Shown here one piece after another: positions 1 through 11,012 of a stretch of 64,000 nt of DNA. The stretch's first letter is position 1. Every line of letters starts with the position of its first letter. The position numbers were made by a program, and so were the translations under genes. The notes below the pieces were generated by a model, which was not told the DNA's origin, ran no database searches, and saw nothing but the letters and a program-made list of their open reading frames with translations. Source of the stretch: Alphaproteobacteria bacterium (GTDB lineage Bacteria > Pseudomonadota > Alphaproteobacteria > JAAXGF01). Where the stretch lies: contig CAUVXB020000001.1 of the NCBI GenBank assembly GCA_963555825.3, positions 1,824,001 to 1,888,000 of the forward strand, read 5' to 3'.

Positions 1-892
1 CACGATATGGATTACCCGAGCGCCGGGTGTGCCAGGTCATCGGACAGCCACGCTCGACGCAACGCTATCGACGTGTCGGGGCTGACGATGAGGCGGCGCT
101 CACCGAGGCGATCGTGCGGCTAGCCAGTGAGTATGGCCGCTACGGCTATCGCCGGGTCACGGCGCTGCTCCGCGGAGAGGGTTGGCACGTGAACCACAAG
201 CGGGTCGAACGCATCTGGCGACGGGAGGGGCTGAAGGTGCCTGTAAAGCAACCCAAGAGAGGCCGACTGTGGCTCAACGACGGGTCCTGCATCCGTCTGC
301 GGCCGAGCTGGCCGAACCATGTCTGGGCCTATGACTTCGTCATGGCCCGCACACACGATGGCAGGACGTTCCGCATGCTGACGATCATCGACGAGTGGAC
401 CAGGGAGTGCCTGGCGATCGACGTCGCCCGGCACCTGCGATCCGACGACGTGCTGTATCGCCTGGCGGCACTGTTCGTCGACCGGGGGCCACCGGACCAC
501 ATCCGCTCGGACAACGGCAGCGAGTTCACCGCCAAGGCCGTCCGTGACTGGCTGGCGAGAGTCGGTGTGACGACGCTCTACATCGCGCCGGGGAGTCCCT
601 GGGAGAACGGCTACAACGAATCATTCAACGGCAAGCTCGGAGACGAGCTGCTCGACGGTGAGATATTCTACTCGCTCAAGGAGGCTCAGGTGTTGATCGA
701 GCGATGGCGGCATCACTACAACACGGTCAGGCCGCACAGTGCGCTGGGCTATACACCCCCGGCACCACAGACCATCGTGCCCAAATGGACTGATCCGGCC
801 TTCGCTATTGATGGGCTACAGCCGGATCAGCCCTTCCCAGAAACCGTGCCAGGACTAACATAGGAACTGGTACATAGAATGGGGGCAGGCCA
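1..892 (+). mobile_element. IS3-family insertion sequence, right part (left end outside the window)
   Basis: Carries an OrfB transposase. The sequence ends ...GGGGGCAGGCCA at 892 (IS3-type CA-3' terminus), after which the host DUF1244 gene resumes. Confidence 0.9.
27..863 (+). CDS. IS3-family transposase OrfB (rve/DDE)
   Basis: YGYRRV, W-x-x-D (HVWAYDF), IRSDNGSEF and [12 protein letters not shown] motifs. The true 5' end is probably fused to OrfA upstream of the window. Confidence 0.93.
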   Translation: MCQVIGQPRSTQRYRRVGADDEAALTEAIVRLASEYGRYGYRRVTALLRGEGWHVNHKRVERIWRREGLKVPVKQPKRGRLWLNDGSCIRLRPSWPNHVWAYDFVMARTHDGRTFRMLTIIDEWTRECLAIDVARHLRSDDVLYRLAALFVDRGPPDHIRSDNGSEFTAKAVRDWLARVGVTTLYIAPGSPWENGYNESFNGKLGDELLDGEIFYSLKEAQVLIERWRHHYNTVRPHSALGYTPPAPQTIVPKWTDPAFAIDGLQPDQPFPETVPGLT

Positions 893-1139
893 ATGCGGTC
901 TGGTTGTTCGATTTCCAGTCGCCGTAGGGCATGCCGTAGACGATCTCGCGCGCCGCGTCGTAGCCGAGCGTCACGCCGCGTTCGGCGGCCGCCGCGTCGT
1001 ACCATTTCGCCAGGCAGTTGCGGCAGAATCCGGCCAGCGTCATGAGGTCGATGTTCTGCACGTCGGAGCGCTCGCGGAAATGGTGCACCAAGCGGCGAAA
1101 CGCCGCGGCCTCGACCTCCGTGCGCGTCTTTTCGTCCAT
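893..1139 (-). pseudogene. DUF1244-family protein, C-terminus cut by IS3 (the frame runs on into the IS to 855)
   Basis: AAAFRRLV..R.DVQNIDLM.LAGFCRNCL.KWY and YGMPY..WK motifs. Similarity stops at the IS end (892). Confidence 0.8.
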
Positions 1140-1177
1140 CGGAACTCCTCGCTTGTCGTGCCTACGGATAGTCTACC

Positions 1178-2323
1178 TCAGCCGGCGTCGAGGCCGTTAA
1201 CGGTATCGGCGACCAGATGGTCGACCACCGCGCGCAACGCCTCTTGCGCGTCGGCGCCGGCATCGCGGGCGGCGCGAAAGACCTCGAGCTGGCGGTCGGC
1301 GCTGGTGCCGCGCGCGGTGATCTCGCGGGCGTGCTCGAGCTCGGCGACGCAGTCGAGCCGCTCGGCGTCCTCGCGCACCAGGTCGATCAACTCGTCGACC
1401 AGGTCGGCGAAATCGACCAGTTCGCCCTTGCCGAAATCGACCAGCGAGCCCTCGACGCCGTAGCGCTGGGCGCGCCAGCGGTTCTCGTTGACCAGAATGC
1501 GCGGGTAGATGCGCCAGCACTGGTTGTTGCAGCGCAGGCGGTAGAGCATGCTGAGTATGCATTGAGTCATCGCCGCAACGGTGACCGCGTCGTCGAGCCG
1601 CGTGCAGACGTCGGCGATGCGCATCTCGAGCGTCGGATAGCGCGCGCTCGGGCGCATGTCCCACCACAGCTTGGTGGCGTCCTCGATCAGCCCGGCGCCG
1701 ACCATCTGGCCGGCCATCCGCTCGAACTCGGCGAAGCTCTCGTAACGGTCGGGCAGGCCGGTCCGCGGCAGGGCGTCGAACACGGTCAAGCGGTACGACT
1801 TCAGCCCGGTGTCCTCGCCGCCCCAGAACGGCGACGAGGTCGAGAGCGTCAGAAGATGCGGCAGGAAATAGGCCATCTGATTTAAGAGGTCGATGCGCAG
1901 GTCGTCGTCGGCGATGCCGACGTGGACGTGCATGCCGCAGATGAGCAGGCGCCGCGCGACGCCCTGCAGGTCGCGCGCGATGACCTCGTAGCGCTCCTTG
2001 GCGACGTGCTGCTGGTCCTGCCAGCGGGCGAACGGGTGCGTCGAGGCGGCGATCGGCGCCAGACCGTGATGCGCCGCGGCCTGGGCGACCATGGCGCGCA
2101 GATGGGCCAGGTCGGCGCGCGCCTCGCGCACGGTCTTGAACGGCCGCGTGCCCACCTCGACCTGGGCGCGCATCAACTCGGGGCTGACCTGACCCTCAAG
2201 CAGCGTCTCGCATTCGGCCATCAGCGAGGCCGGAGGATCGGACGCCAGGTCGCCGGTCTCGCGGTCGACGAGCAGATACTCCTCCTCGATGCCAACGGTG
2301 AAGGCCGGCGCGGCGATCGCCAT
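1178..2323 (-). CDS. ybdK: Carboxylate-amine ligase (GCS2/YbdK glutamate-cysteine ligase-like)
   Basis: FTVGIEEEYLLVD, CGMHVHVG, SSPFW.G.DTG, WWDMRPS and TLEMRIAD motifs. Confidence 0.9.
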   Translation of the reverse strand: MAIAAPAFTVGIEEEYLLVDRETGDLASDPPASLMAECETLLEGQVSPELMRAQVEVGTRPFKTVREARADLAHLRAMVAQAAAHHGLAPIAASTHPFARWQDQQHVAKERYEVIARDLQGVARRLLICGMHVHVGIADDDLRIDLLNQMAYFLPHLLTLSTSSPFWGGEDTGLKSYRLTVFDALPRTGLPDRYESFAEFERMAGQMVGAGLIEDATKLWWDMRPSARYPTLEMRIADVCTRLDDAVTVAAMTQCILSMLYRLRCNNQCWRIYPRILVNENRWRAQRYGVEGSLVDFGKGELVDFADLVDELIDLVREDAERLDCVAELEHAREITARGTSADRQLEVFRAARDAGADAQEALRAVVDHLVADTVNGLDAG

Positions 2324-3145
2324 TCAGGCCTCGGCGGCGCGGTAGATGGCGGGGTCGGCGAGCGGGACGGCGAACGCCGCCGCCATGATGTTGGCCCAGG
2401 CCTCGGCGCCGTGATGCGTGTCAATCAGGTCCTGACGGATTTCGATGGTGACATGCGGCCGATAGGGCGGCAGCGCGTGCGCGGGGATCGAATAGGGCAT
2501 CGGCGCACGGCCCGAATAGGGCTCGTTGTCGCCGACCGAGATCGACGGGTCGGCGGCCAGCGCCGCGATGACCGGCAGCGGCATGCGGCCGTCATCGATC
2601 CACAGAACACCGACATGCCAGGGCCGCTCGTAGCCGTCCATCACCGGGGTGAAACTGTGCATCGAGATCACCGCGGCGGGGCCACCGTGCCGCGCGTCGA
2701 CGCGCGCGATCGTCTCGTCGACCGCCTCGTGGTAGGGCGTGAAGCAGGCCGCCCGGCGCGCCGCCAAGTCGGCCTCGCCGAGCACTCGGTTGCCCGGCAC
2801 CTCGACGCCGTCGCTGACGCGCGGGATCGAGCTGGTTTCGCCGGCCGGCCGGTTGCAATCGATCACCAGCCGCGAATAGCCGGCCAGCACGGCGGGCGCG
2901 TCGAGCAGCGCGGCGAGCCGCCGGGTGACGTCGGCGGCGCCAATGTCCCAGCCGATGTGCCGCTTGATGACGGCGCCGTCGAGGCCGAGGCCGTCGAGCG
3001 CCGCCGGCACCCGACAGCTCGCGTGATCGCAGAACAGCACGACGCGCGCCCGGCCGTCCGCGTTGACGACCTCGAAGGGCGGCGGATCGTCGGCGCCGAG
3101 TAGCGCCGGGCGCGGCGTTTCGAGCTGGACGACGTCGGCGGTCAT
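2324..3145 (-). CDS. N-formylglutamate amidohydrolase family protein
   Basis: CDHAS, HIGWDIGA, SRLVIDCNR, PYH, MHSFTP, GDNEPY and IEIRQD motifs. Start placed at ATG 3145; the longer ORF in the track runs into an intergenic repeat. Confidence 0.9.
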   Translation of the reverse strand: MTADVVQLETPRPALLGADDPPPFEVVNADGRARVVLFCDHASCRVPAALDGLGLDGAVIKRHIGWDIGAADVTRRLAALLDAPAVLAGYSRLVIDCNRPAGETSSIPRVSDGVEVPGNRVLGEADLAARRAACFTPYHEAVDETIARVDARHGGPAAVISMHSFTPVMDGYERPWHVGVLWIDDGRMPLPVIAALAADPSISVGDNEPYSGRAPMPYSIPAHALPPYRPHVTIEIRQDLIDTHHGAEAWANIMAAAFAVPLADPAIYRAAEA

Positions 3146-3209
3146 GGTCGCCACTATAGCGCAAACGGCGGCCAGCGCGAGGCGTTCGAAGCGCCGATCG
3201 GGTGCCCAG

Positions 3210-3477
3210 CCCGGCCTTCTCACCATGGACAGATGCGGCACGGCGGATATCGGACGACAGGCTAGGAAAAGCGCGCGGTGCGATGCTTTCGCATCGGGCA
3301 AGCGCTTTGACGCCGCCTGTCGTCCGAGATCCGCCGCCCTTAAGGGTCGCGCCGGGCGGGCCGCCCGCGGCGTCGAAGGCCTTGACCGTGGCCCAGGCCA
3401 CGCTCGGCGGCCTTCTCCTGGCGGATCGGCGATCCGCCCGACGCGATGACGCGCCTGTCCATGGCGAGAAATCCGGG
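3210..3477. repeat. MITE-like element, family A (full-length copy)
   Basis: Imperfect terminal inverted repeats CCCGGCCTTCTCACCATGGACAG and CTGTCCATGGCGAGAAATCCGGG, flanked by CCAG/CTAG. Internal ~22-bp hairpin (3241-3262 with ~3316-3337). The right half recurs at 43413-43500 and one end at 9763-9785. Confidence 0.75.
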
Positions 3478-3528
3478 CTAGCCGGCCCGGCTTGTACGTC
3501 GCCCGCGCCACCCCTACAATCCGCCCGC

Positions 3529-4793
3529 ATGTCCAGCCCGACGACCGCCCCGCGCACGTTTCTGCGCGCCTTGTTCGACACCGCCGTCGCGGCCGTCGAC
3601 CCGGCGCATTGCGTGCCACCGGCGCTGCCCGAGCCGCCCGCCGGGCGCACCGTCGTGGTCGGCGCCGGTAAGGCGGCGGCGATGGCGCGCGCGGTCGAGG
3701 ACCACTGGTCCGGACCGCTTTCCGGCCTCGTCGTCACGCGTTACGGCCACGCCGTCGCGACCCGCGCGATCGAGGTGGTCGAGGCCGCGCACCCGGTGCC
3801 CGCGACGCCGCCGGCCGCGCCGCCGCCGGGCGCATCCTCGACGCGGTGCGGCAGCTCGGCGCCGACGACCTCGCGCTGTGTCTGATCTCGGGCGGCGGCT
3901 CGGCGCTGCTGGCGCTGCCGGCCGAGGGCGTCGCGCTCGCCGACAAGCAGGCGCTCAACCGCTCGCTTTTGCGCGCCGGCGCGACGATCGGCGAGATCAA
4001 CTGCGTGCGCAAGCATCTTTCAGGCATCAAGGGCGGCCGGCTAGCCGCCGCCGCGGCGCCGGCGCGCGTCGTCGCATTGCTGATCTCCGACGTGCCGGGC
4101 GATGACCCGTCGATCATCGCATCGGGCCCGACGGTGGCCGATCCGTCATGCTTCGCCGACGCCCTCGCGGTGCTCGACCGATACGCCATCGAGACGCCGC
4201 TGCGCGGCTTTCTCGAGGCGGCCGATGACGAGACGCCCAAGCCGGGCGACCCACGGTTGGCGCGCGCCGAGACCCGGCTGATCGCGCGCCCCTCCGATGC
4301 GCTCGACGCCGCCGTTGCCGCCGCGCGGGCCGCCGGCTACACGCCGCACGTCCTGGGCGACAGCCTCGAGGGCGAAGCGCGCGAGGCCGCCACCAAGCAC
4401 GCCGAACTCGCCCGTCAGGCAGTCGCCAGCGGCCGAACGGCCGCGATCATCTCGGGTGGCGAATTTACCGTCACCATCAAGGGCGCCGGGCGCGGCGGGC
4501 CGAACGCCGAATACGCGCTGGCGCTGGCGCTCGCGCTCGACGGCTTGGCGGGCGTCCACGCCATCGCCTGCGACACCGACGGCATCGACGGCACCGAGGA
4601 CAATGCCGGCGCGGTGATCGGCCCCGAGACTCTAACGCGCGCCGCCGCGCTCGGCATCGATGTCGCGGCGCGGCTCGCCGACAACGACGCCTACGGCTTC
4701 TTCGAAGCGCTCGGCGACCTGGTCGTCTCGGGCCCGACGCTGACCAACGTCAACGACTTCCGCTGCATCCTGATATCCCCTGGCACGGCCTAG
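3529..4793 (+). pseudogene. Glycerate 2-kinase (MOFRL/TtuD family), frameshifted
   Basis: N-part (VVGAGKAA..MA, AAHPVP) and C-part (LISGGGSAL, ISDVPGDD, GGE.TV, GRGGPN.E, DTDGIDG, TLTNVNDF) lie in different frames. A 2-nt GC insertion at ~3802 breaks HPVP|DAAG. Confidence 0.85.
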
Positions 4794-4806
4794 GCCCGCG
4801 CGCTAA

Positions 4807-5973
4807 TACCATCGAGCATTGAAGGAGACTCATTTAGGGGATTCCCAAACGGCAAGAAGTCTGAATCAATGAGGCGAACTGATACGGAGGTTCGCTATGG
4901 GCAGAGCGGTTGCGTTACGGGAAGATTTTGATGGTCCGGCGCTTCGGCGGTTAGCCAAGGCGTCGAAGGATGCTGGACAGAGCCGGCGGCTTCTTGCGCT
5001 GGCTGAGATTTACGATGGTGGCCGTCGCACGGAGGCGGCGCGGATCGGTACTGTCGGGCTCCAGGTGGTCCGTGACTGGGTTCTCCGTTTCAACGCCAAG
5101 GGGCCGGATGGTCTGATTGACGGCAAGGCGACAGGCAAGCCGGCCAAGCTCAATGACAGGCAGCGACAAGCGCTCGCTCGGCTTGTTGAGAGCGGACCGA
5201 TTCCGGCGATCCACGGTGTCGTGCGTTGGCGCCGAAAGGACCTGGCGCATTGGATATTCGAAGAGTTCCGCATTTCGGTTGATGAGACGACGGTGGGCCG
5301 TGAATTGAGGGCGCTGGGGTTTCGCAAGATATCGGCGCGACCACGCCACAAGGGGCAGAACGAGTTTGCCGTCGAGGATTTAAAAAAAACTTCCCCGCCG
5401 GGTTGGGGGAGATCCGAGCCAGGCTCCCGGCCAACACCGCGATAGAAATTTGGTGGCAAGATGAGGCCCGGGTCGGCCAGAAAACCATGCTCACCCGGCG
5501 CTGGGCGCGACGCGGCAGCCGACCCACGGCGCTCCGGGACCAACGCACGAAGTCGGCCTATATCTTTGGTGCCATCTGTCCCGCGCGCGGTGTCGGTGCG
5601 GGCCTTGTCCTGCCCCGCTGCAACACTCAGGCCATGCAATGGCATCTTGATGAAATCTCGGCCCTGGTGACACCAGGCGCTCACGCTGTACTCATCATCG
5701 ACCGGGCCGGATGGCACACCACCGGCAGGCTCGAGATCCCATCCAACATCACATTGATGTTCTTGCCACCAAGAGCGCCCGAGCTGAACCCCGTCGAAAA
5801 CATATGGCAGTTCATGCGCGATAACTGGCTTTCCAACAGGATATTCAAGACCTACGACGATATCGTCGCGCTGTGTTGCGAAGCCTGGAACAGGCTCATC
5901 GATCAACCCTGGAAGATCATGTCGATCGGACGCCGAAAATGGGCCCATGGGTTCTGATTAATGCCCGTTGGTA
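4807..5973 (+). mobile_element. IS630-family element (type 1)
   Basis: TACCA...TGGTA ends with TAA duplicated on both sides; two overlapping transposase ORFs. Confidence 0.93.
4897..5957 (+). CDS. IS630 transposase (HTH ORF 4897-5445 and DDE ORF to 5957, joined by a probable programmed -1 frameshift)
   Basis: Slippery TTTAAAAAAAAC at ~5379-5390; WWQDEAR, DRAGWH and PELNPVENIW DDE motifs. Confidence 0.88.
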
Positions 5974-5998
5974 TAAGCTGGCGCGGGGATAGGGAAAC

Positions 5999-7429
<1,431 letters not shown>

Positions 7430-7556
7430 CAGACGGCGAGTAGATCGTCCGCGCCGATGCACCGTCTGGCGCGCCGTGTCGCCATTGCGCACGGCATTCA
7501 CGGCATTCACGAGCCAAAGTGCACCTAAGCCGCATATCAGGTATACAAGGTGTTTA

Positions 7557-7643
7557 TAAGGTGTCAGACACCATTATAATTACATATAGTTAATATGATA
7601 AAAAGGAGTCTGACCCCTTAATAAATATAACTCTGGTACCCAT
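7557..7643. repeat. AT-rich cluster of short REP-like palindromes
   Basis: TAAGGTGTCAGACACC (7557-7572) is inverted to GGAGTCTGACCCCTTA (7605-7620) around a 32-nt AT-rich core; a third degenerate copy lies at 7629-7643. Confidence 0.55.
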
Positions 7644-7661
7644 CATCGACCGCAAAAAGAG

Positions 7662-8216
7662 CTAGATCGCCTCGCCCTTGAGCTTTTCGCGCAGCAGCTC
7701 GATGCGTTTCTCGATCATCGGCATATTGGGATTGACCTCGAACGCGCGTTCGAACCATTCGAGCGCGCGTGCGTCGTCCTCGAGCGCGGTGTAGATCAGC
7801 CCCATGCCCGACAGCGCGCCGAAGTGGCGCGGCTCGAGGCGCAGCGTCGCCTCGACGTCGCGCACCGACGCCGGATACTCCTCGATCAGGTAATAGACCG
7901 TGGCGCGCTTGTTCCAGCCCTCGGCGAAGTCGGGCGCCGCCTCGATGATGGCGTCGAAGCTTTCGAGCGCGGTGTCGAACTGGCCGTTGCCCATGGCGGC
8001 GACGCCGAGCGTCATCAGCTCGTCGATCGTCGCGCTGCCCGATTCGGTCCAGATTCGCCAGATCGTGCCCTCGATACGGCGCGCCGTCTCGCGGTCGTCG
8101 CTCGCCAGCAGCTGCTCGAACAAGGCGTCGAGGCGCGGGTCGTCCTGGCGCGCCTCGGCCGGCGCACCGGCGGCAAACGCCCAAAGCACAGCAATGACGA
8201 GAATCCGGCGCATCAT
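7662..8216 (-). CDS. Tetratricopeptide-repeat protein with N-terminal signal peptide
   Basis: Signal peptide followed by PDFAEGWNKRATVYY and EPRHFGALSGMGLIY TPR motifs; a conserved alphaproteobacterial family. Confidence 0.88.
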   Translation of the reverse strand: MMRRILVIAVLWAFAAGAPAEARQDDPRLDALFEQLLASDDRETARRIEGTIWRIWTESGSATIDELMTLGVAAMGNGQFDTALESFDAIIEAAPDFAEGWNKRATVYYLIEEYPASVRDVEATLRLEPRHFGALSGMGLIYTALEDDARALEWFERAFEVNPNMPMIEKRIELLREKLKGEAI

Positions 8217-8258
8217 GGCAAAGGAATATAGCGCCCGACCCCGCCCCGGGCTAGACCC

Positions 8259-8478
8259 TAGGTGTTTAGTCCCGGCATCTGATGAATGAGATAGGTCGGA
8301 CTAAACCAGCCCGTGCCAATCTTATCCCAACAAGAGGGGGGCCGCCGACCGTTCGGCCAGATTTGATCTCATAAGAACGGCTTGATCCCATAAGATTGGC
8401 ATGCGCGGCGATTGAGCGCAGGTCACCGAAGGTGACCGCACAAATCCTTAGGATATCAATTCTTCGGGACCCAGCGCT
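8259..8478 (+). repeat. Structured intergenic repeat, family B, copy 1 (core 8341-8440; outer limits tentative)
   Basis: Core GCCGCCGACCGTTCGGC...CGCGGCGATTGAGCGCAGG plus hairpin GGTCACC-GAA-GGTGACC, shared with 13001-13080 (-) and 33671-33745 (+). Additional internal inverted repeats GTTTAGTCC/GGACTAAAC and GCCAATCTTAT/ATAAGATTGGC. Confidence 0.7.
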
Positions 8479-9755
8479 CGGGGCCGCGGACCGCCGGTCG
8501 CCCAGTCGACCAACTCGACGGTGTGGACGACCGGCATCCGCGCCGCGCCGGCGAGCTGGGTGATGCAGCCGATGTTGCCGGCGGCGACGACCGATGCGCC
8601 GGTCGCCCGAAGGTTGGCGACCTTGCGCTCGCGCAGGCCCTGGGCGAGCGCCGGCTGCATCAGGTTGTAGGTGCCCGCCGAGCCGCAGCAGAGATGGCCC
8701 TCGGCGACCTCGCGCAGATCGAAGCCGGCGGCCCGGAGCACCTGCCTGGGCTCGGCGGTGACGCGCTGGCCGTGCTGCAGCGAGCAGGCGTCATGGTAGG
8801 CGACGACCGGCCGGGGCGCATCACTGGCCTGGGGCGCGATGTCGAGCCCGGCGAGCACCTCGCTGACGTCCTTGGCGAGTGCCGAGACCGTGGCCGCGCG
8901 CTCGGCCCACGCCGCGTCGCCGCGCAGCATGTGGCCATAGTCCTTGACCGTGGTGCCGCAGCCCGAGGCGTTGATGACGATGGCGTCGAGCCCGGCGCCG
9001 TCGATCTCGGCGCACCAGGCGGCGATGTTGGCCTTGGCGGCGTCGTGCGCTGCTTCGGTGCGGCCCATGTGGTGGACCAGCGCGCCGCAGCAGCCGATGC
9101 CTCGCGCCACCACCACCTCGCAGCCCAGGCGGGTCAGTACGCGCACCGTCGCCTCGTTGATCTCCGGCGCCAGCACCTGCTGGGCGCAGCCCGAGAGCAG
9201 CGCGACGCGCTTGCGCCGCGCGCCGGCTGCCGGGAAGACCTGCGGCGTATCGACGCGCGAGGCGCCCGGAATGCGCCCCGGCGCGAGCCCCGCCATGGCG
9301 CCGAGCCGGCCCGGCAGCAGCCGCGCGAAGGGCTTGAGTACCAGCGCGCCGAGCAGCGCGAGGCGGAACAGGCGAGGGCTCGGCAGCACCCGGGCGAGCA
9401 TGTCGCGCAGGCGCCGGTCGAGCCACGGCCGCCGGTAGGTCTTCTCGATATAGCCACGCGCGTGGTCGACCAGATGCATGTAGTCGACGCCCGACGGGCA
9501 GGTCGTCACACAAGCCAGGCAGGACAGGCAGCGGTCGATGTGGGTCACCACCTTCTTCGACGCCGGCCGGCCGTCCTCGAGCATGTCCTTGATGAGATAG
9601 ATGCGCCCGCGCGGGCTGTCGAGCTCGTCGCCGAGCAGCACATAGGTCGGACAGGTCGCCGTGCAGAACCCGCAATGCACGCATTTGCGCAGGATCCCGT
9701 CGGCCTCCGCGATGTCCGGATCGGCGAGCTGCGCCAGCGTGAAGTTGGTCTGCAT
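8448..9755 (-). CDS. glcF: Glycolate oxidase iron-sulfur subunit
   Basis: MQTNFT start, CVHCGFCTATCP, DSPRGRIYL, CLSCLAC.TTCPSGV, two CCG domains. Confidence 0.95.
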   Translation of the reverse strand: MQTNFTLAQLADPDIAEADGILRKCVHCGFCTATCPTYVLLGDELDSPRGRIYLIKDMLEDGRPASKKVVTHIDRCLSCLACVTTCPSGVDYMHLVDHARGYIEKTYRRPWLDRRLRDMLARVLPSPRLFRLALLGALVLKPFARLLPGRLGAMAGLAPGRIPGASRVDTPQVFPAAGARRKRVALLSGCAQQVLAPEINEATVRVLTRLGCEVVVARGIGCCGALVHHMGRTEAAHDAAKANIAAWCAEIDGAGLDAIVINASGCGTTVKDYGHMLRGDAAWAERAATVSALAKDVSEVLAGLDIAPQASDAPRPVVAYHDACSLQHGQRVTAEPRQVLRAAGFDLREVAEGHLCCGSAGTYNLMQPALAQGLRERKVANLRATGASVVAAGNIGCITQLAGAARMPVVHTVELVDWATGGPRPRALGPEELIS

Positions 9756-9762
9756 TGCGCGC

Positions 9763-9785
9763 CTAGCCCGGAATTCTCGCCATGG
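9763..9785. repeat. Isolated terminal inverted repeat of MITE family A in the glcE-glcF spacer
   Basis: CTAGCCCGGAATTCTCGCCATGG matches the reverse complement of the 3459-3481 end at 22/23. Confidence 0.6.
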
Positions 9786-11012
9786 CTAAACTCCCGCGTA
9801 CATGCGGCCGGGGTTGAGGATGCGGCGCGGGTCGAAGCCGTCTTTTACGCGCCGGGTGAGATCGGCGAGCGCCGATTCCTGGGGCTGGAACACGGCGAAT
9901 CCGCCGCGCAGGCCGGCGTCGGCGCGCACCAGCGTCGCGTGGCCGCCGGTCTCGGCAACGGCATCGCGCACCGTCGCCGCGCCACCGTCGTCGGACGCCG
10001 CCAGCGAGAGCCACACCAGACCGCCGCCCCAGTCGAAGAAGGCTTCCGCGTCGACCGCGGCGGCGATGCGCGCGACCACCGCGGCGCCCTCGGTCGGCGG
10101 CAGCGAGAGCCGCCAGACGACGCGATCGTCATCGCCCGTAAGCGGCGCGGCGTCGCGCAGCTCGCGCCACAGCGTCGCCGAATTCATGCCGTGCAGTTCC
10201 TCGACCGTGCCGCCGCCGGTCGCCAACAGCGCGCGCAGCGCCTGGCAGCGGTGCTCGGTCGACGCCGCCGGGCCCTCGACGCGCACCGCGGTGACCGCGG
10301 CGCCGGGGTCGGCGACGTAACTGACTGCCGAGCGGGCGGCGAGCGCGGCGGGCAGATGCGCCGCCGAGGCGACCTCGTGCGGGCTGGCGAGCGCGGCGCG
10401 CATCGCATCGCCCGCCGCGGCGTCGTCGAGGCCGTAGACCAGCACGGTGCGCGTCTTCTCGGGCGCCGGCAGCACCTTGAAGGTCAGCTCGGTCATCACC
10501 ACGAGCGTGCCCCAGGATCCGGCGAACAGCTTGCACAGGTCGTAGCCGGTGACGTTCTTGACCACCCGGCCGCCGGCCTTGATCGCCTCGCCGCGCCCGG
10601 TGATCGCCTGGACGCCGAGGAAATGGTCGCGCGCCGCGCCGGCCTTGACGCGACGCGGGCCCGAGAGGTTGCAGGCGAAGACGGCGCCGATCGTGCCGGC
10701 CGCCGCGTCGCCGCCCATCAGCGGTCCGAGGTCGGGCGGCTCGAAGGCGAGCTGCTGGTCGTGCTCGGCGAGCAGCGCCTCGATCTCGGCCAACGGCGTG
10801 CCGGTCCGGGCGCTCATGACCAGCTCGGCGGGTTCGTAGAGCGTGACCCCGGCGAGACCCGAGACGTCGAGCAGATGGGCCGCCTGGACCGGCCGGCCGA
10901 GCCCGCGCTTGGTGCCTGCGCCGACGATCTCGAGCGGCGCTGCCTCGGCCACTGCCCATTCGACCGCCTCGCGCGCCGCCTCGGCGTCGCCCGGCGTCAG
11001 CACCTCGGTCAT
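9786..11012 (-). CDS. glcE: Glycolate oxidase FAD-binding subunit
   Basis: G.GTK..LG, YEPAELV, QLAFEPP, SGPRR..AGAARD, GGRVVKNVTGYDL and FDP..ILNPGRM motifs. ATG overlaps the glcD stop (TGATG). Confidence 0.95.
   Translation of the reverse strand: MTEVLTPGDAEAAREAVEWAVAEAAPLEIVGAGTKRGLGRPVQAAHLLDVSGLAGVTLYEPAELVMSARTGTPLAEIEALLAEHDQQLAFEPPDLGPLMGGDAAAGTIGAVFACNLSGPRRVKAGAARDHFLGVQAITGRGEAIKAGGRVVKNVTGYDLCKLFAGSWGTLVVMTELTFKVLPAPEKTRTVLVYGLDDAAAGDAMRAALASPHEVASAAHLPAALAARSAVSYVADPGAAVTAVRVEGPAASTEHRCQALRALLATGGGTVEELHGMNSATLWRELRDAAPLTGDDDRVVWRLSLPPTEGAAVVARIAAAVDAEAFFDWGGGLVWLSLAASDDGGAATVRDAVAETGGHATLVRADAGLRGGFAVFQPQESALADLTRRVKDGFDPRRILNPGRMYAGV

Noticed and set aside
2324-3619. 431-aa version of the amidohydrolase with a long N-terminal extension
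   Set aside because: The extension reads through the MITE and the divergent gene; the family start is at 3145.
7577-7604. Chromosomal dif site
   Set aside because: The arms are CATAT/ATATG with a 5-nt spacer rather than CATAA-N6-TTATG; too degenerate to call.
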